Below are positions 28,058 through 37,006 of a DNA stretch of 64,000 nucleotides, in pieces. Source of the stretch: a virus (Duplodnaviria > Caudoviricetes); the IMG/VR virus record IMGVR_UViG_3300021478_000453, positions 1,449 through 65,448 of that record, one strand, 5' to 3'. Numbering within the stretch: the first letter of the stretch is position 1; the number at the start of each line of letters is the position of its first letter. The notes beneath the pieces were generated by a model. That model worked only from the letters and a program-made list of their open reading frames with translations. It made no database searches and was not told the DNA's origin. The translations under genes were made by a program, and so were the position numbers.

Positions 28058-28453
28058 CTAGACCGCGGCCTTTCCATCCCCTGCCGCGGCGCCCTCTCGA
28101 CGCCTGGACCGTTGCCACATTCGACCGTTGCGGGTGGCTGTGAACTGGTCACCGAGGAGCGGCACGCGGTCGGCTGGGGTTACCTCTTGCCAGGGAGACC
28201 AGCCGGCGCCGTCGTCCCAAGGTGGCGCAGTGGTGGATTTGATCTTGCCTCCCTTCGCCAGGTACGCTTCGACGGCGGAAGCGCCTTCCTGTCGGAGATC
28301 AGCCTTGGAGGGACGTGGAGGGAGCGCGGCCCACCTCGCTGCCTCTCGCTCTCGCAGGTAGGCCTTTTCCTCGCGTTCGGCCCTTTCCTCCCGTCCCGCT
28401 CGCAGCCGCAGCCCGCGCTGCCTGTGCCTGTCCCAATCTCGACCGCTACTCAT
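28058..28453 (-). CDS. hypothetical protein
   Basis: 131 aa with VEAYLAKGGKI; RBS GAGGAG. Confidence 0.5.
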   Translation of the reverse strand: MSSGRDWDRHRQRGLRLRAGREERAEREEKAYLREREAARWAALPPRPSKADLRQEGASAVEAYLAKGGKIKSTTAPPWDDGAGWSPWQEVTPADRVPLLGDQFTATRNGRMWQRSRRREGAAAGDGKAAV

Positions 28454-28856
28454 CGCGCCGTGCTCCTCGACCGCGTTCCCCTTCGGAAGGCCCGCTTTGT
28501 TGCAGCGCTCGCCTGGAGCCGCGCGCGAGGCTCAAGTGATTCGCGCCGACCTCCAAATCAAAAATGATTTCAGCCGCTTAGGCTGTGGATAAGCCTAGAC
28601 CTAGCGGTGCGGCATGCGCGCACCCACGAGCCCTGGCGTTGTGGCTGTTCTGCAACAGGAACGATAGTTACAGACGCAACCAATTTTAGCGGATTTAGAC
28701 CACTTCTAAAGTTAATCAGTTTCATCGGTAACTACTTACGAAAACTTAATGTTGTGACGTATCAAAGGGATACTGGCAGCATACCATACTCGCATCTTGC
28801 CATGTTCTGCAAGATGTGCCCATGTTGCAAGCTTAACTCGCATATGGAGTCTGATC

Positions 28857-29501
28857 ATGAATTACTGGACGAAACTAACCGGCGACGCCTGGGGCGTCTC
28901 CTGTGATACCGAGCGCCAGCCCGGCGAGCAGGTGACCGTGACCACGAAGGCCGGGAAAACCTCCCTCGTGACGCTTGGCGAGCGGCAGAACCGGCTTGGA
29001 TATGTCTACGCCGTGGCGCGGCAGAACCCGGAGGCCCGCAGCGTCGGCGACCTTTCCGGCATTCTCGCCCTCTTCGACAAGGCGGCGCAGCATCTGAAGC
29101 GGCCGGCCATTGTGCTTGCGGTGCCCGAGGTGGGGCCGGCCGGCGCCCTCAATAGGGGCATGTGGACAATCCGGCTTTCCATTGCCGGCGGGCGCGCCAA
29201 GGTTCCTGGGAGCGTGACCGTGCTCGATGGCGAGCGCGGGGACGAGGGCCGCGATTGGCTAGGGCGCATCACGGTTGACGGCACCTACCAGCCCGGCCGC
29301 GCCGCCAATGGGCGCACCGAGGCGATCACCGCACGCCTACGCGCTTTCGCCGCCACGCCCGCGCTCGTGGCCAAGGACAGCGCCCGCCTCACCGGGCGCT
29401 GTTGCTTTTGCAACCTCGCATTGACCGACGAGCGCTCGACCGCCGTCGGCTATGGCGCGACCTGTGCGGACCATTACGGCCTGCCGTGGGGCGCCCGATG
29501 A
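28857..29501 (+). CDS. DUF6011-like Zn-finger early protein
   Basis: C-terminal GRCCFCNLALTDERSTAVGYGATCA; start follows GGAGTCTGA. Confidence 0.7.
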   Translation: MNYWTKLTGDAWGVSCDTERQPGEQVTVTTKAGKTSLVTLGERQNRLGYVYAVARQNPEARSVGDLSGILALFDKAAQHLKRPAIVLAVPEVGPAGALNRGMWTIRLSIAGGRAKVPGSVTVLDGERGDEGRDWLGRITVDGTYQPGRAANGRTEAITARLRAFAATPALVAKDSARLTGRCCFCNLALTDERSTAVGYGATCADHYGLPWGAR

Positions 29502-29680
29502 CCGTCGTTCTTTACAACCGCGGCACCTATTGGGGCGCCTTCTTCTACGGCTTCGCGCGCATGCCCGAAGACGTGGAAATCCCGCTCCCGTTTCACGGCA
29601 GCGCCCCCCTCGCCAAGGTGAAGGCCGACCTCGCCCGGCGCTTCCCGAACGCGACCGTTCGCGAGGGCACATGGTCATGA
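29498..29680 (+). CDS. hypothetical protein (60 aa)
   Basis: ATGA coupling at both ends. Confidence 0.55.
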   Translation: MTVVLYNRGTYWGAFFYGFARMPEDVEIPLPFHGSAPLAKVKADLARRFPNATVREGTWS

Positions 29681-29754
29681 GCGCGCATCACCTCGACCTC
29701 GCCATGCTCGCCATCTCGCTGGCCGTGATCGCCTTGATTGTGGCGCTGCATTGA
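29677..29754 (+). CDS. 25-aa hydrophobic peptide
   Basis: MSAHHLDLAMLAISLAVIALIVALH; the stop abuts the hammerhead. Confidence 0.45.
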   Translation: MSAHHLDLAMLAISLAVIALIVALH

Positions 29755-29755
29755 A

Positions 29756-29809
29756 GCTCGAAACCGGGCGCTTGCCCGGTCGCGGCGTGACGCGCCGCCT
29801 GATGAGAGC
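29756..29809 (+). ncRNA. type II hammerhead ribozyme
   Basis: GCTC-GAAA-C-CGGGC(GCTT)GCCCG-G-TC^-GCGGCG(TGACG)CGCCGC-CTGATGA-GAGC: all core nucleotides and three stems present; predicted cleavage after C29781. Confidence 0.92.
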
Positions 29810-29826
29810 AAAGGAGTCTAATCATC

Positions 29827-31398
29827 ATGACCAAGAGCCAAACCATGGCGGCTGACATCGCCGCTCTGATCCGCGCTCGCAATCCGCTTCTATGGATTGT
29901 GACCAAGGAAGAAGCGAGAACCGAGGGCTACCTCATCGAGAGCGCCGCGAGCGCCGGCTATGCGCCCATCTTTTGGGACTGCGCGGCTGGCGTGACCGAC
30001 GCAACCGGGCGCCGGGTGCCGCTGGGCGGTAACGATCCGGGCGAGACGCTCGACGCGATCCGCGCCCAGGCCGAGAGCGGCAACGATCGCCGCGTGTGGA
30101 TCATGCGCGACCTCCCCGCCTGGCTTGACGGTCCGGTGGGCATCGCCACGAAACGCGCGCTGCGCAACTTCTGCCGCAATCCTGGCCGCGGGGCGAGCGC
30201 GCAAACCGTGGTTATCCTTACGCCTTCCGGAGACGTGCCTCCCGAGCTCGCCGGCCATGCGACCGTTATTGATTGGCCGCTGCCCGACCGCGAGGAGATT
30301 GCCGCGCTCTTGGACGTTGCGGTGCGCAATGGTGGCGACAAGATCGCCGCGCCGACCAACGGCACGAGGGACGCCGCGGTGGATGCTGCCATTGGGCTAT
30401 CGGGCGAGGAGGCGGAGTCCTGCTACGCGCGCAGCCTCGTACAGCTCCGCAAGATCGACCCCGTGCTTGTGGGAGGTGAAAAGAAGCGCATCATCACCCG
30501 CGAGCGCGTCTTGGAATGGATGGAGCCCTTGCCCGGAGGCTTCGACTCTGTCGGCGGTCTCGACGTAATCAAGGGATGGGTAACAACGCGCAAGACAGCC
30601 TACGGTCCGCGCGCCCGCGCCTACGGCTTGCCAACACCTAAAGGCATTTTCTTAGTTGGCTTTTCCGGGTGCGGCAAAACCTTCATCGCCAAGGCGATTG
30701 CGTGGGCGCTGGGACAGCTCCCGTTACTCCGCTATGACGCCGGCGCCCTCAAATCCAAGTTCGTGGGCGAGAGCGAGCAACTTACCCGCAAGGCATTTCG
30801 CACGATTGAGGCGGTGGGCCCTTGCGTCGTTTTGATTGACGAAATCGAAAAGGCGCTTGCCGGCGCAACGCAAGGCGCCGCCGATGGTGGCGTTAGTGCC
30901 GACGCCTTGGGCGCCCTCCTGACGTGGATGCAGGAGCGCACCTCACCGGCTTTCATCGTGGCTACCGCAAACGATGTGAGCAACTTGCCTCCCGAGCTTT
31001 TGCGCAAAGGCAGATGGGACGAACTTTTCTTTGTTGATCTGCCGACCGTGACGGAACGCGCGCAAGTGCTATTCGCCACGCTCCTAACCCACAAGCGCAA
31101 TCCCAATGGCGTGGACCTGGGCGCCATCGCCGATGCAACGGAAGGCTTTAGCGGTGCCGAGATTGCTTCACTCGTACCCGAAGCGATGTTTAGCGCCTTT
31201 GCCGATGGCGAGCGCGAGCTTGCGACCGACGACCTAATCAGGGCCGCCGAGTCGGTGGTCCCGCTGTCCAAGACCAGCGCAGAGAAGCTCAACGCCTTGC
31301 GCGCATGGTCGAAGGGCCGCACCCGGCCGGCAACCACGCCCTTGGGCGCTCGCGAAACCGTTGCCCAGGGGCGCGTCCTGGACCTCGGCATTGATTGA
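29827..31398 (+). CDS. Ycf46/SpoVK-like AAA+ ATPase
   Basis: GFSGCGKT, LIDEIEK, ATAND...PPELLRKGRWDELFFVDLP; degenerate N-terminal AAA domain. Confidence 0.9.
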   Translation: MTKSQTMAADIAALIRARNPLLWIVTKEEARTEGYLIESAASAGYAPIFWDCAAGVTDATGRRVPLGGNDPGETLDAIRAQAESGNDRRVWIMRDLPAWLDGPVGIATKRALRNFCRNPGRGASAQTVVILTPSGDVPPELAGHATVIDWPLPDREEIAALLDVAVRNGGDKIAAPTNGTRDAAVDAAIGLSGEEAESCYARSLVQLRKIDPVLVGGEKKRIITRERVLEWMEPLPGGFDSVGGLDVIKGWVTTRKTAYGPRARAYGLPTPKGIFLVGFSGCGKTFIAKAIAWALGQLPLLRYDAGALKSKFVGESEQLTRKAFRTIEAVGPCVVLIDEIEKALAGATQGAADGGVSADALGALLTWMQERTSPAFIVATANDVSNLPPELLRKGRWDELFFVDLPTVTERAQVLFATLLTHKRNPNGVDLGAIADATEGFSGAEIASLVPEAMFSAFADGERELATDDLIRAAESVVPLSKTSAEKLNALRAWSKGRTRPATTPLGARETVAQGRVLDLGID

Positions 31399-31399
31399 G

Positions 31400-31457
31400 G
31401 CTTGCAGCCTAGGCGCCGCCCTCCACAAGCGGCGCCTAATCGGCAAGCTACCGCTTG
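31400..31457 (+). promoter_or_regulatory. long hairpin with internal loop (processing or switch element)
   Basis: GCTTGC-AGCC-TAGGCGCCGC-loop-GCGGCGCCTA-ATCG-GCAAGC followed by TACC-GCTTG. Confidence 0.55.
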
Positions 31458-31483
31458 ACCGTATCCTGGCAAGGTGCCATGAT
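31455..31483 (+). promoter_or_regulatory. sigma70-like promoter
   Basis: TTGACC-N17-CATGAT. Confidence 0.5.
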
Positions 31484-31509
31484 AGCAAATCGCAACAGGA
31501 GTCTGATAC

Positions 31510-32292
31510 ATGCAAGTTTCACCCCTACGCCCCGGATTGCTGGTAGCCGTGCGCACCAGCATCAAGGGAAACTGCCGCTACAACGTCACCGAGATCGAAG
31601 CCGACCACCTCACCGAGGAGGGCGCACGCCGCGCCCGCTGGGAAACCGAGCGCGAGATTACCGACCCCGCAGAGCACGAGCGCGCGACCAAGGCCCGCAG
31701 CAAAGCCCGGTCCGTGCTCGCCAGCGTTTGCGCGCATAGCGATTTCGGCTTGCTGTGCCCGCTCGACAAGAAGGGCGCCTTTGAGCGCGCCGAGCAAGAC
31801 GCCTTGGCCATCGTCGCCGATTTCAACGCGACGGCGCAGGTTTCGCGTCTGGTCTTTAACGTGCTCACCGGCGAGGTAATGCAAGACGATGCCCGCGCCA
31901 TCCGCGCAATCAACTCCGAGATGCGCGACCTCATGGAGAGCATGGAGAACGGTCTCCGCAATCTCGACGTGGAGGCGGTACGCGAAGCGGCCAACAAAGC
32001 CCGCAGCGTTTCGCAGATGCTGGAGCCTGGCACGCAGGAGCGGGTTGAGAAGGCAATCGCGGTTGCCCGTTCTGCCGCGCGCCAGATCGTGAAGGCGGCC
32101 GAGGAGGGCGCGGCCGAAATCGACCGCGCTGCAATCGCGCGGATCGCCGAAGCCCGCACGTCATTCCTCGACCTGGACGACAACGGGCAAGCCATCGGCG
32201 AGGTGGCCGCACCGGGGCGCGCCGTCGATTTCGAGCCTGTGCCCGAGATCAAGGCCGCGGCGCCCGTGCAGCCGCGCATGTTCGACCTGTGA
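31510..32292 (+). CDS. helical hypothetical protein (AAA+ partner)
   Basis: 260 aa; GGAGTCTGA RBS; ends RTSFLDLDD...GRAVDFE...RMFDL. Confidence 0.7.
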   Translation: MQVSPLRPGLLVAVRTSIKGNCRYNVTEIEADHLTEEGARRARWETEREITDPAEHERATKARSKARSVLASVCAHSDFGLLCPLDKKGAFERAEQDALAIVADFNATAQVSRLVFNVLTGEVMQDDARAIRAINSEMRDLMESMENGLRNLDVEAVREAANKARSVSQMLEPGTQERVEKAIAVARSAARQIVKAAEEGAAEIDRAAIARIAEARTSFLDLDDNGQAIGEVAAPGRAVDFEPVPEIKAAAPVQPRMFDL

Positions 32293-32302
32293 GGGTGAAC
32301 CC

Positions 32303-32647
32303 ATGCCCTGCGATACGAGGTTGAAACCTAAGCAAACAATCTCCGAGCGCGCGGCCGAGGTACGCGAGGCGACGGCACGTCTAGCCGTCGCCATCGCCGC
32401 CGGCCGGGTGCGCGTCAAGATCGGCCCGCAAGGCGCAATCGCCTTTGAGAACTGGGACACACAATCGCGCGACGGGATAACCGACGCTTGTGCCTATCGC
32501 CGCATCATGGCGACGGGCTCAGCGATGGCCCGCATGGCGATAGCCAAGGCCGAGCAACTCGCCGGCCGCGGCGTGAACAAGCAAGCGGTTGCCCACGGGC
32601 ATCACTCGCACGATGGGGGCGCCACATGGCACAGCCACAAGGGCTAA
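32303..32647 (+). CDS. hypothetical protein with His-rich C-terminus (AAA+ partner)
   Basis: MPCDT...GPQGAIAF..W...RDGITDACAYRR...HGHHSHDGGATWHSH. Confidence 0.7.
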   Translation: MPCDTRLKPKQTISERAAEVREATARLAVAIAAGRVRVKIGPQGAIAFENWDTQSRDGITDACAYRRIMATGSAMARMAIAKAEQLAGRGVNKQAVAHGHHSHDGGATWHSHKG

Positions 32648-32885
32648 ATCCGCATCACCCCGATTGTGTGTGTGGTTGCAACGATCCGCGCACCGACCGC
32701 GAGGCCCGCATGGTCGAAGCACACAAGGCCGGCCGCCTCGCAGCGGCTGAGGTATTCGCCGAGGCTTGCAGGAAGGCAATGAACCGCTGGTCTGACGATC
32801 CCGAGGTTCAGTTTTCCTACTTGGCCGGGCTCTTTGGCGAGCTTCGACGCATCGCAACGCGGAAGCAGAACAAGGGATTCCGGCT

Positions 32886-33101
32886 ATGACCTTCTACAGC
32901 GTCCATCGCACCACCGATGGCGGAAGCAGCGCCGGCTATGAGTGGTTCACAAGCGAGCGCGCGGCAAAGAAGGCCGCCGCACAATGGCGCGTCGGCACGC
33001 CCGAGGAGTCGGCGACCGTCAACCGTTGGAAGATCAAGCCGACGAAACGGGGAATCCTGCGCGCCCTGAACATTCACGCAAGCCACCCGGATAACGGTTG
33101 A
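32886..33101 (+). CDS. hypothetical protein
   Basis: 71 aa in the early operon. Confidence 0.55.
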   Translation: MTFYSVHRTTDGGSSAGYEWFTSERAAKKAAAQWRVGTPEESATVNRWKIKPTKRGILRALNIHASHPDNG

Positions 33102-33388
33102 ACATGACCATCCGCACGGAGCCGCTCAACCAAACCGAGCGCGACCTAAACAAGTACGCGAGCGGCAAGGCTTACACCCTCATGCGCGACGTGAAGCAAG
33201 CCTTTGAGATCGCCGGCCTAGGACCGGCGCACGCTGGCGCCTGTTGCGGCGCCTTGTTCCTACGGCTGGCGGCGACTATCGCCGCGGCCGCCGGCCACGA
33301 CAAGTTAAGTTTTATCCGCTGGTGCTCGGAATGCTTCGACCTCGCCAGCGACGACGACCAACCATCGAAGCCAACCAAAGGAGTCTGA
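33098..33388 (+). CDS. hypothetical protein
   Basis: 96 aa in the early operon. Confidence 0.5.
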   Translation: MNMTIRTEPLNQTERDLNKYASGKAYTLMRDVKQAFEIAGLGPAHAGACCGALFLRLAATIAAAAGHDKLSFIRWCSECFDLASDDDQPSKPTKGV

Positions 33389-33390
33389 CA

Positions 33391-33657
33391 ATGAAAAGCT
33401 GGAAACCTGAAGTGATCGCCGACAGCACCGGCAAGTGGTGCGGCAATCAACTGCGCTTTGAAACCAGGAGGGAAGCGGAGGAGAACGTGGCCGACCTCGC
33501 CGGCCGCTGGTTCGCGGTAACGGAGACGCGCGTTGTCGAGAGCGACGAGCCCGTGAACTACACCTACCACAACCGCGAACTGCGCCCGGTTGAGGCCGCT
33601 CGCGATCCTGATGTGGGATTCGGTCCTGTGTTTGATCGGCTTGACCGCAACGGCTGA
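33391..33657 (+). CDS. conserved phage hypothetical protein
   Basis: MKSWKPEVIADSTGKWCGNQLRFET..EAE...DL..RW..V...RV.ESDEPVNY; GGAGTCTGA RBS. Confidence 0.7.
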   Translation: MKSWKPEVIADSTGKWCGNQLRFETRREAEENVADLAGRWFAVTETRVVESDEPVNYTYHNRELRPVEAARDPDVGFGPVFDRLDRNG

Positions 33658-33726
33658 CGTTTCGGCCGGACCGCTGGAGTCGTTTCGACTCTGGCGGTCT
33701 CCCGAAGCGCCAATAGCGGACGCTTC
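33658..33726 (+). promoter_or_regulatory. long hairpin with an alternative pairing arm
   Basis: 23-bp interrupted stem with G-U pairs on the + strand; GAAGCG can also pair with the downstream CGCTTC. Confidence 0.6.
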
Positions 33727-33743
33727 AAGCAAGGAGTCTGACA

Positions 33744-34007
33744 ATGAGCAAACGCAAACTTTACGCCGTTGATCTGAAACTATGTGCGACGGCTTACATC
33801 AAGGCCCGCAATTCAGCGGAGGCGATGAGCATTGCCAAATCGCTCGCGAACCAAAGCCCCAGCCTTCTCGACAGCGAGGGCGACATCCCAGTGAGCGGCT
33901 TGCAGTACCGCGACCCCGCCCTCCCCGATGTGAGCCTATCTCCCGCTATGACCATCCACGGAGTCTGGGAAGGCGGCACGTTCGAACTGATGGAACACGG
34001 AATCTAG
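33744..34007 (+). CDS. hypothetical protein
   Basis: 87 aa; GGAGTCTGA RBS. Confidence 0.65.
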   Translation: MSKRKLYAVDLKLCATAYIKARNSAEAMSIAKSLANQSPSLLDSEGDIPVSGLQYRDPALPDVSLSPAMTIHGVWEGGTFELMEHGI

Positions 34008-34009
34008 CC

Positions 34010-34099
34010 ATGACCATCACCCTAAGCGACATCGCACTCGTGACGGCGTGCCTCGCGTTTCTCATTTCGTTGGCAACGCTCGTCATCACGATGAGATAA
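34010..34099 (+). CDS. 29-aa hydrophobic peptide
   Basis: MTITLSDIALVTACLAFLISLATLVITMR. Confidence 0.45.
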   Translation: MTITLSDIALVTACLAFLISLATLVITMR

Positions 34100-34111
34100 G
34101 GAGTCTGAGCC

Positions 34112-34567
34112 ATGACACTGCAAGAGCTGTTTGATTTTAGCACCAAGCAAGCCGCCGTGATGTTCAACAAAACCGGAAGCGTGATGCCCATGTGGCACGC
34201 CCATCCGGCCAGCGGCCACGATCTTGTCATCGCCACGCCTTGGGAGAGCGCCGAGGATAAACGGATCATCACGGCCAAGCTGCGCGAGCTGTTCAAGCAT
34301 GAGCGCGTCAAGTGCTACGCCTTCATGGGCGAGGCGTGGAGCGCCGCCACTCCCACAATGTCCGAGGTGCGCAAGTGGGCTGGCAATTTGGAGCACCACC
34401 CCGACCGCCGCGAAATCCTCGCCATCCACGCCGAGGACGACGAGGGCCACGCAATCATGGGCTGGTATTACATCCTGCGCCCGGAGCACGGCCCGCCGAA
34501 ACTCTCGCCGCTGATGATAAGCCAAGCGACCGAGAACAAGGGCCAGCTGATGGGGATGCTGCGATGA
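34112..34567 (+). CDS. hypothetical protein
   Basis: 151 aa with YAFMGEAW...HHPDRREIL; GGAGTCTGA RBS. Confidence 0.7.
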   Translation: MTLQELFDFSTKQAAVMFNKTGSVMPMWHAHPASGHDLVIATPWESAEDKRIITAKLRELFKHERVKCYAFMGEAWSAATPTMSEVRKWAGNLEHHPDRREILAIHAEDDEGHAIMGWYYILRPEHGPPKLSPLMISQATENKGQLMGMLR

Positions 34568-34616
34568 GGGCGCTCGCCCTCTTCGCTCTCGCCTGCGATA
34601 GGAAGGAGAAACACCT

Positions 34617-34841
34617 GTGAAGCCCGCACAGTACAAGGCCGCACGTGATGCGCTGGGCTGGACGCATGCCAAGGTCGCCGAGATCATCGGCGTCGATGAG
34701 TCCACCGTCTACCGCTACCAACGCGGCGAGGTAGAGATACCGGGGCCAGCCGCGCGGCTGCTGCGGGCGCTCGTGTGGCTACGCCTCACCGAGAGCACGC
34801 GCAAATTCGACCAGCTGGTCAAGGAATTGAACCATGAATAA
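34617..34841 (+). CDS. XRE-family helix-turn-helix protein
   Basis: ARDALGWTHAKVAEIIGVDESTVYRYQRGEVEIP. Confidence 0.8.
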   Translation: MKPAQYKAARDALGWTHAKVAEIIGVDESTVYRYQRGEVEIPGPAARLLRALVWLRLTESTRKFDQLVKELNHE

Positions 34842-35169
34842 GCCGAAGCTGCGCGTGACCTGGTTCGACGCCAACCGCGAGCCGCAGTGTCCGCCAAATC
34901 CAGCCTATCCCAAGGGCGTGGACATCGACCTGCGGCTACCGAGCCGCAAGCCCGTCGCGTCGTGCTCCACCGATTTGCCCTATCCGGCGAAGCGATGCGG
35001 CGCCTTTATCGTCGAATGTTTGCGCTGCGGCATGCGTGTCGCGCTGACCACCGCTGGCCGCCCGGACGACCCCCGCTCCGTCATCGTCCCGTGCAAGCTC
35101 CGCGATATGCCGCCGCTGGAGGCGCTGACCATCGACGACGACGAGCATAACCCGGGGGCGGTGCACTGA
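34834..35169 (+). CDS. Cys-containing hypothetical protein
   Basis: PPNPAYPKGVDID...LPYPAKRCG...C..CG. Confidence 0.6.
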   Translation: MNKPKLRVTWFDANREPQCPPNPAYPKGVDIDLRLPSRKPVASCSTDLPYPAKRCGAFIVECLRCGMRVALTTAGRPDDPRSVIVPCKLRDMPPLEALTIDDDEHNPGAVH

Positions 35170-36734
35170 TGGCCAAGCTGCGCCCATACCAGGACGATGC
35201 CCTCGCAGCCATTAGGCAGACCGTGGGGCAAGGCGTTCGCCGGCTCGTGTGCCAGGCCCCGACCGGCGCAGGAAAGACGCTCCTTGCCGCTGCCATCGTC
35301 GAGGGAGCCCGTCGTAAATCGAACCGAATATGCTTTGTCGTGCCGGCGATCAGCTTGATCGACCAAACCGTGGAGATGTTCTGGAGCCAGGGCATTCGCG
35401 AGATCGGCGTCATCCAGGCAAACCACCCGCTGACCGATTGGTCGCGTCCCGTACAAGTTGCCAGCATCCAGACCGTGCGCTCCCGCGGCGTCTACCCGGA
35501 GGCTGCCGTCGTCGTCTTCGACGAGGTGCACCAACTCCACAAAGAGCATGTGAAATGGCTCACCCATCCCGATTGGCAGGCCACGCCCATCATCGGGCTA
35601 AGCGCCACACCCTGGACTCGCGGGCTGGGGAGACATTTCGAATCGCTACTGATTATGAGCACGACCAAGGAATTGATCGCGCAGGGCTATCTGTCCAAGT
35701 TCAAGGTGTACGCCGCCGACCACCCAGACCTGACCGGCGTCCGTATCGTGGCCGGCGATTACCACGAGGGCCAGCTCTCGACCGTGATGCAGCAGCAAGG
35801 GCTAATCGCCAACATCGTGGAGACGTGGCGAGAAAAGTGGAACAAGGACAAGACGTTCCTATTCGGTGTCGATTGCGCGCACGCCCAGATGCTTCAAGAG
35901 CGGTTTCGTTCGTGCGGCATCAACTGCGCCTATCAGGATGCCAACACCTCGATGGCCGAACGCGCGGAGATTAAGCGCGGGTTTCATTCCGGCGAGATTA
36001 AGATCATCGCCAACGTGGGCACACTCACCACCGGCGTGGATTACGACGTGCGATGCCTGATCCTGGCACGACCGACCAAGAGCGAGATGCTTTTCGTGCA
36101 GATTATCGGCCGCGCGCTGCGCACCGCCGAGGGCAAGGATCACGCACTGATCCTCGACCATACCGACACGACGGCGCGGCTTGGCATGGTGACGGACATC
36201 CACCACGAGCACCTCGATGACGGGCGCTCGCGGACCAAGACGGCGGCGAAGCCTCGCCGCGCGCCATTGCCCAAGCCTTGCCCCAAGTGCGCCTACATCA
36301 TCCCGGTCAACGCGAAGACGTGCCCGGAGTGTGGTTTCGAGCGCAAGGTTGTCAGCAAGGTTTTCGAGCGCGACGGCGAGCTGGTTGAGCTGGACGGACG
36401 GCCGAGGGCGAAGACCAACCCGCACCTATTCCCCTACACCCAGAACGAGAAGCGCGCGTTCTTCGCGCAGCTGCGCACCCACGGCTTGAAGAAAGGCTAC
36501 AAGCCCGGCTGGGCTGCGGTGCAGTACCGCGAGAAATTCAAGGATTGGCCGCCACGTTCCTGGGAATACGACGCGCCGCTCCCCGTCGGCGCCGAGGTGG
36601 CGAACTTCATCCGCTCTCGCATCATCGCATGGGCAATGCAGGTCAATGATCGATCCAAGAAAGCGGGCAAGGCTGCATCTGGAGCTGCTGGCGCTGCGCC
36701 TGGAAGTTCACGGCCCGGAAGCGGCAACGCCTAA
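35169..36734 (+). CDS. SF2 DExH helicase (YejH/RadD-like) with Zn finger
   Basis: LRPYQ, APTGAGKT, DEVH, GLSATP, QIIGRALR, CPKC..CPECG. Confidence 0.9.
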   Translation: MAKLRPYQDDALAAIRQTVGQGVRRLVCQAPTGAGKTLLAAAIVEGARRKSNRICFVVPAISLIDQTVEMFWSQGIREIGVIQANHPLTDWSRPVQVASIQTVRSRGVYPEAAVVVFDEVHQLHKEHVKWLTHPDWQATPIIGLSATPWTRGLGRHFESLLIMSTTKELIAQGYLSKFKVYAADHPDLTGVRIVAGDYHEGQLSTVMQQQGLIANIVETWREKWNKDKTFLFGVDCAHAQMLQERFRSCGINCAYQDANTSMAERAEIKRGFHSGEIKIIANVGTLTTGVDYDVRCLILARPTKSEMLFVQIIGRALRTAEGKDHALILDHTDTTARLGMVTDIHHEHLDDGRSRTKTAAKPRRAPLPKPCPKCAYIIPVNAKTCPECGFERKVVSKVFERDGELVELDGRPRAKTNPHLFPYTQNEKRAFFAQLRTHGLKKGYKPGWAAVQYREKFKDWPPRSWEYDAPLPVGAEVANFIRSRIIAWAMQVNDRSKKAGKAASGAAGAAPGSSRPGSGNA

Positions 36735-37006
36735 AGCCTGCCGCCCGCTGAGACGGAGCGTGCTGCTCCTCGAGGCGCGAAACCTCCTGCGCTCACACGG
36801 GTTTACCCGCACCGAGATCGCCGACCTCCTGGGCGAATCCCACCCCCCCGGCTGCGTCTGCTGGCCATGCGTGCTGCGGCTCCACAGAGCTGTGCGCCTT
36901 ACGCGAGCCTGATATAAAATCCCGTTGCGAATCCGCTGCGAATGCTATACGTGTATGGAACTCCTGTGCAGGGAGTTAGTTAGACGCGAGCAATGGGAGG
37001 TGGGCC

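Noticed and set aside
28860-33700. Avoidance of CCWGG (Dcm/EcoRII) sites in the early region
   Set aside because: Several CCTGG/CCAGG sites are present, for example near 29204, 30066 and 31116.
33960-33967. Eighth GGAGTCTG occurrence
   Set aside because: Inside a gene and not followed by a start codon at RBS spacing.
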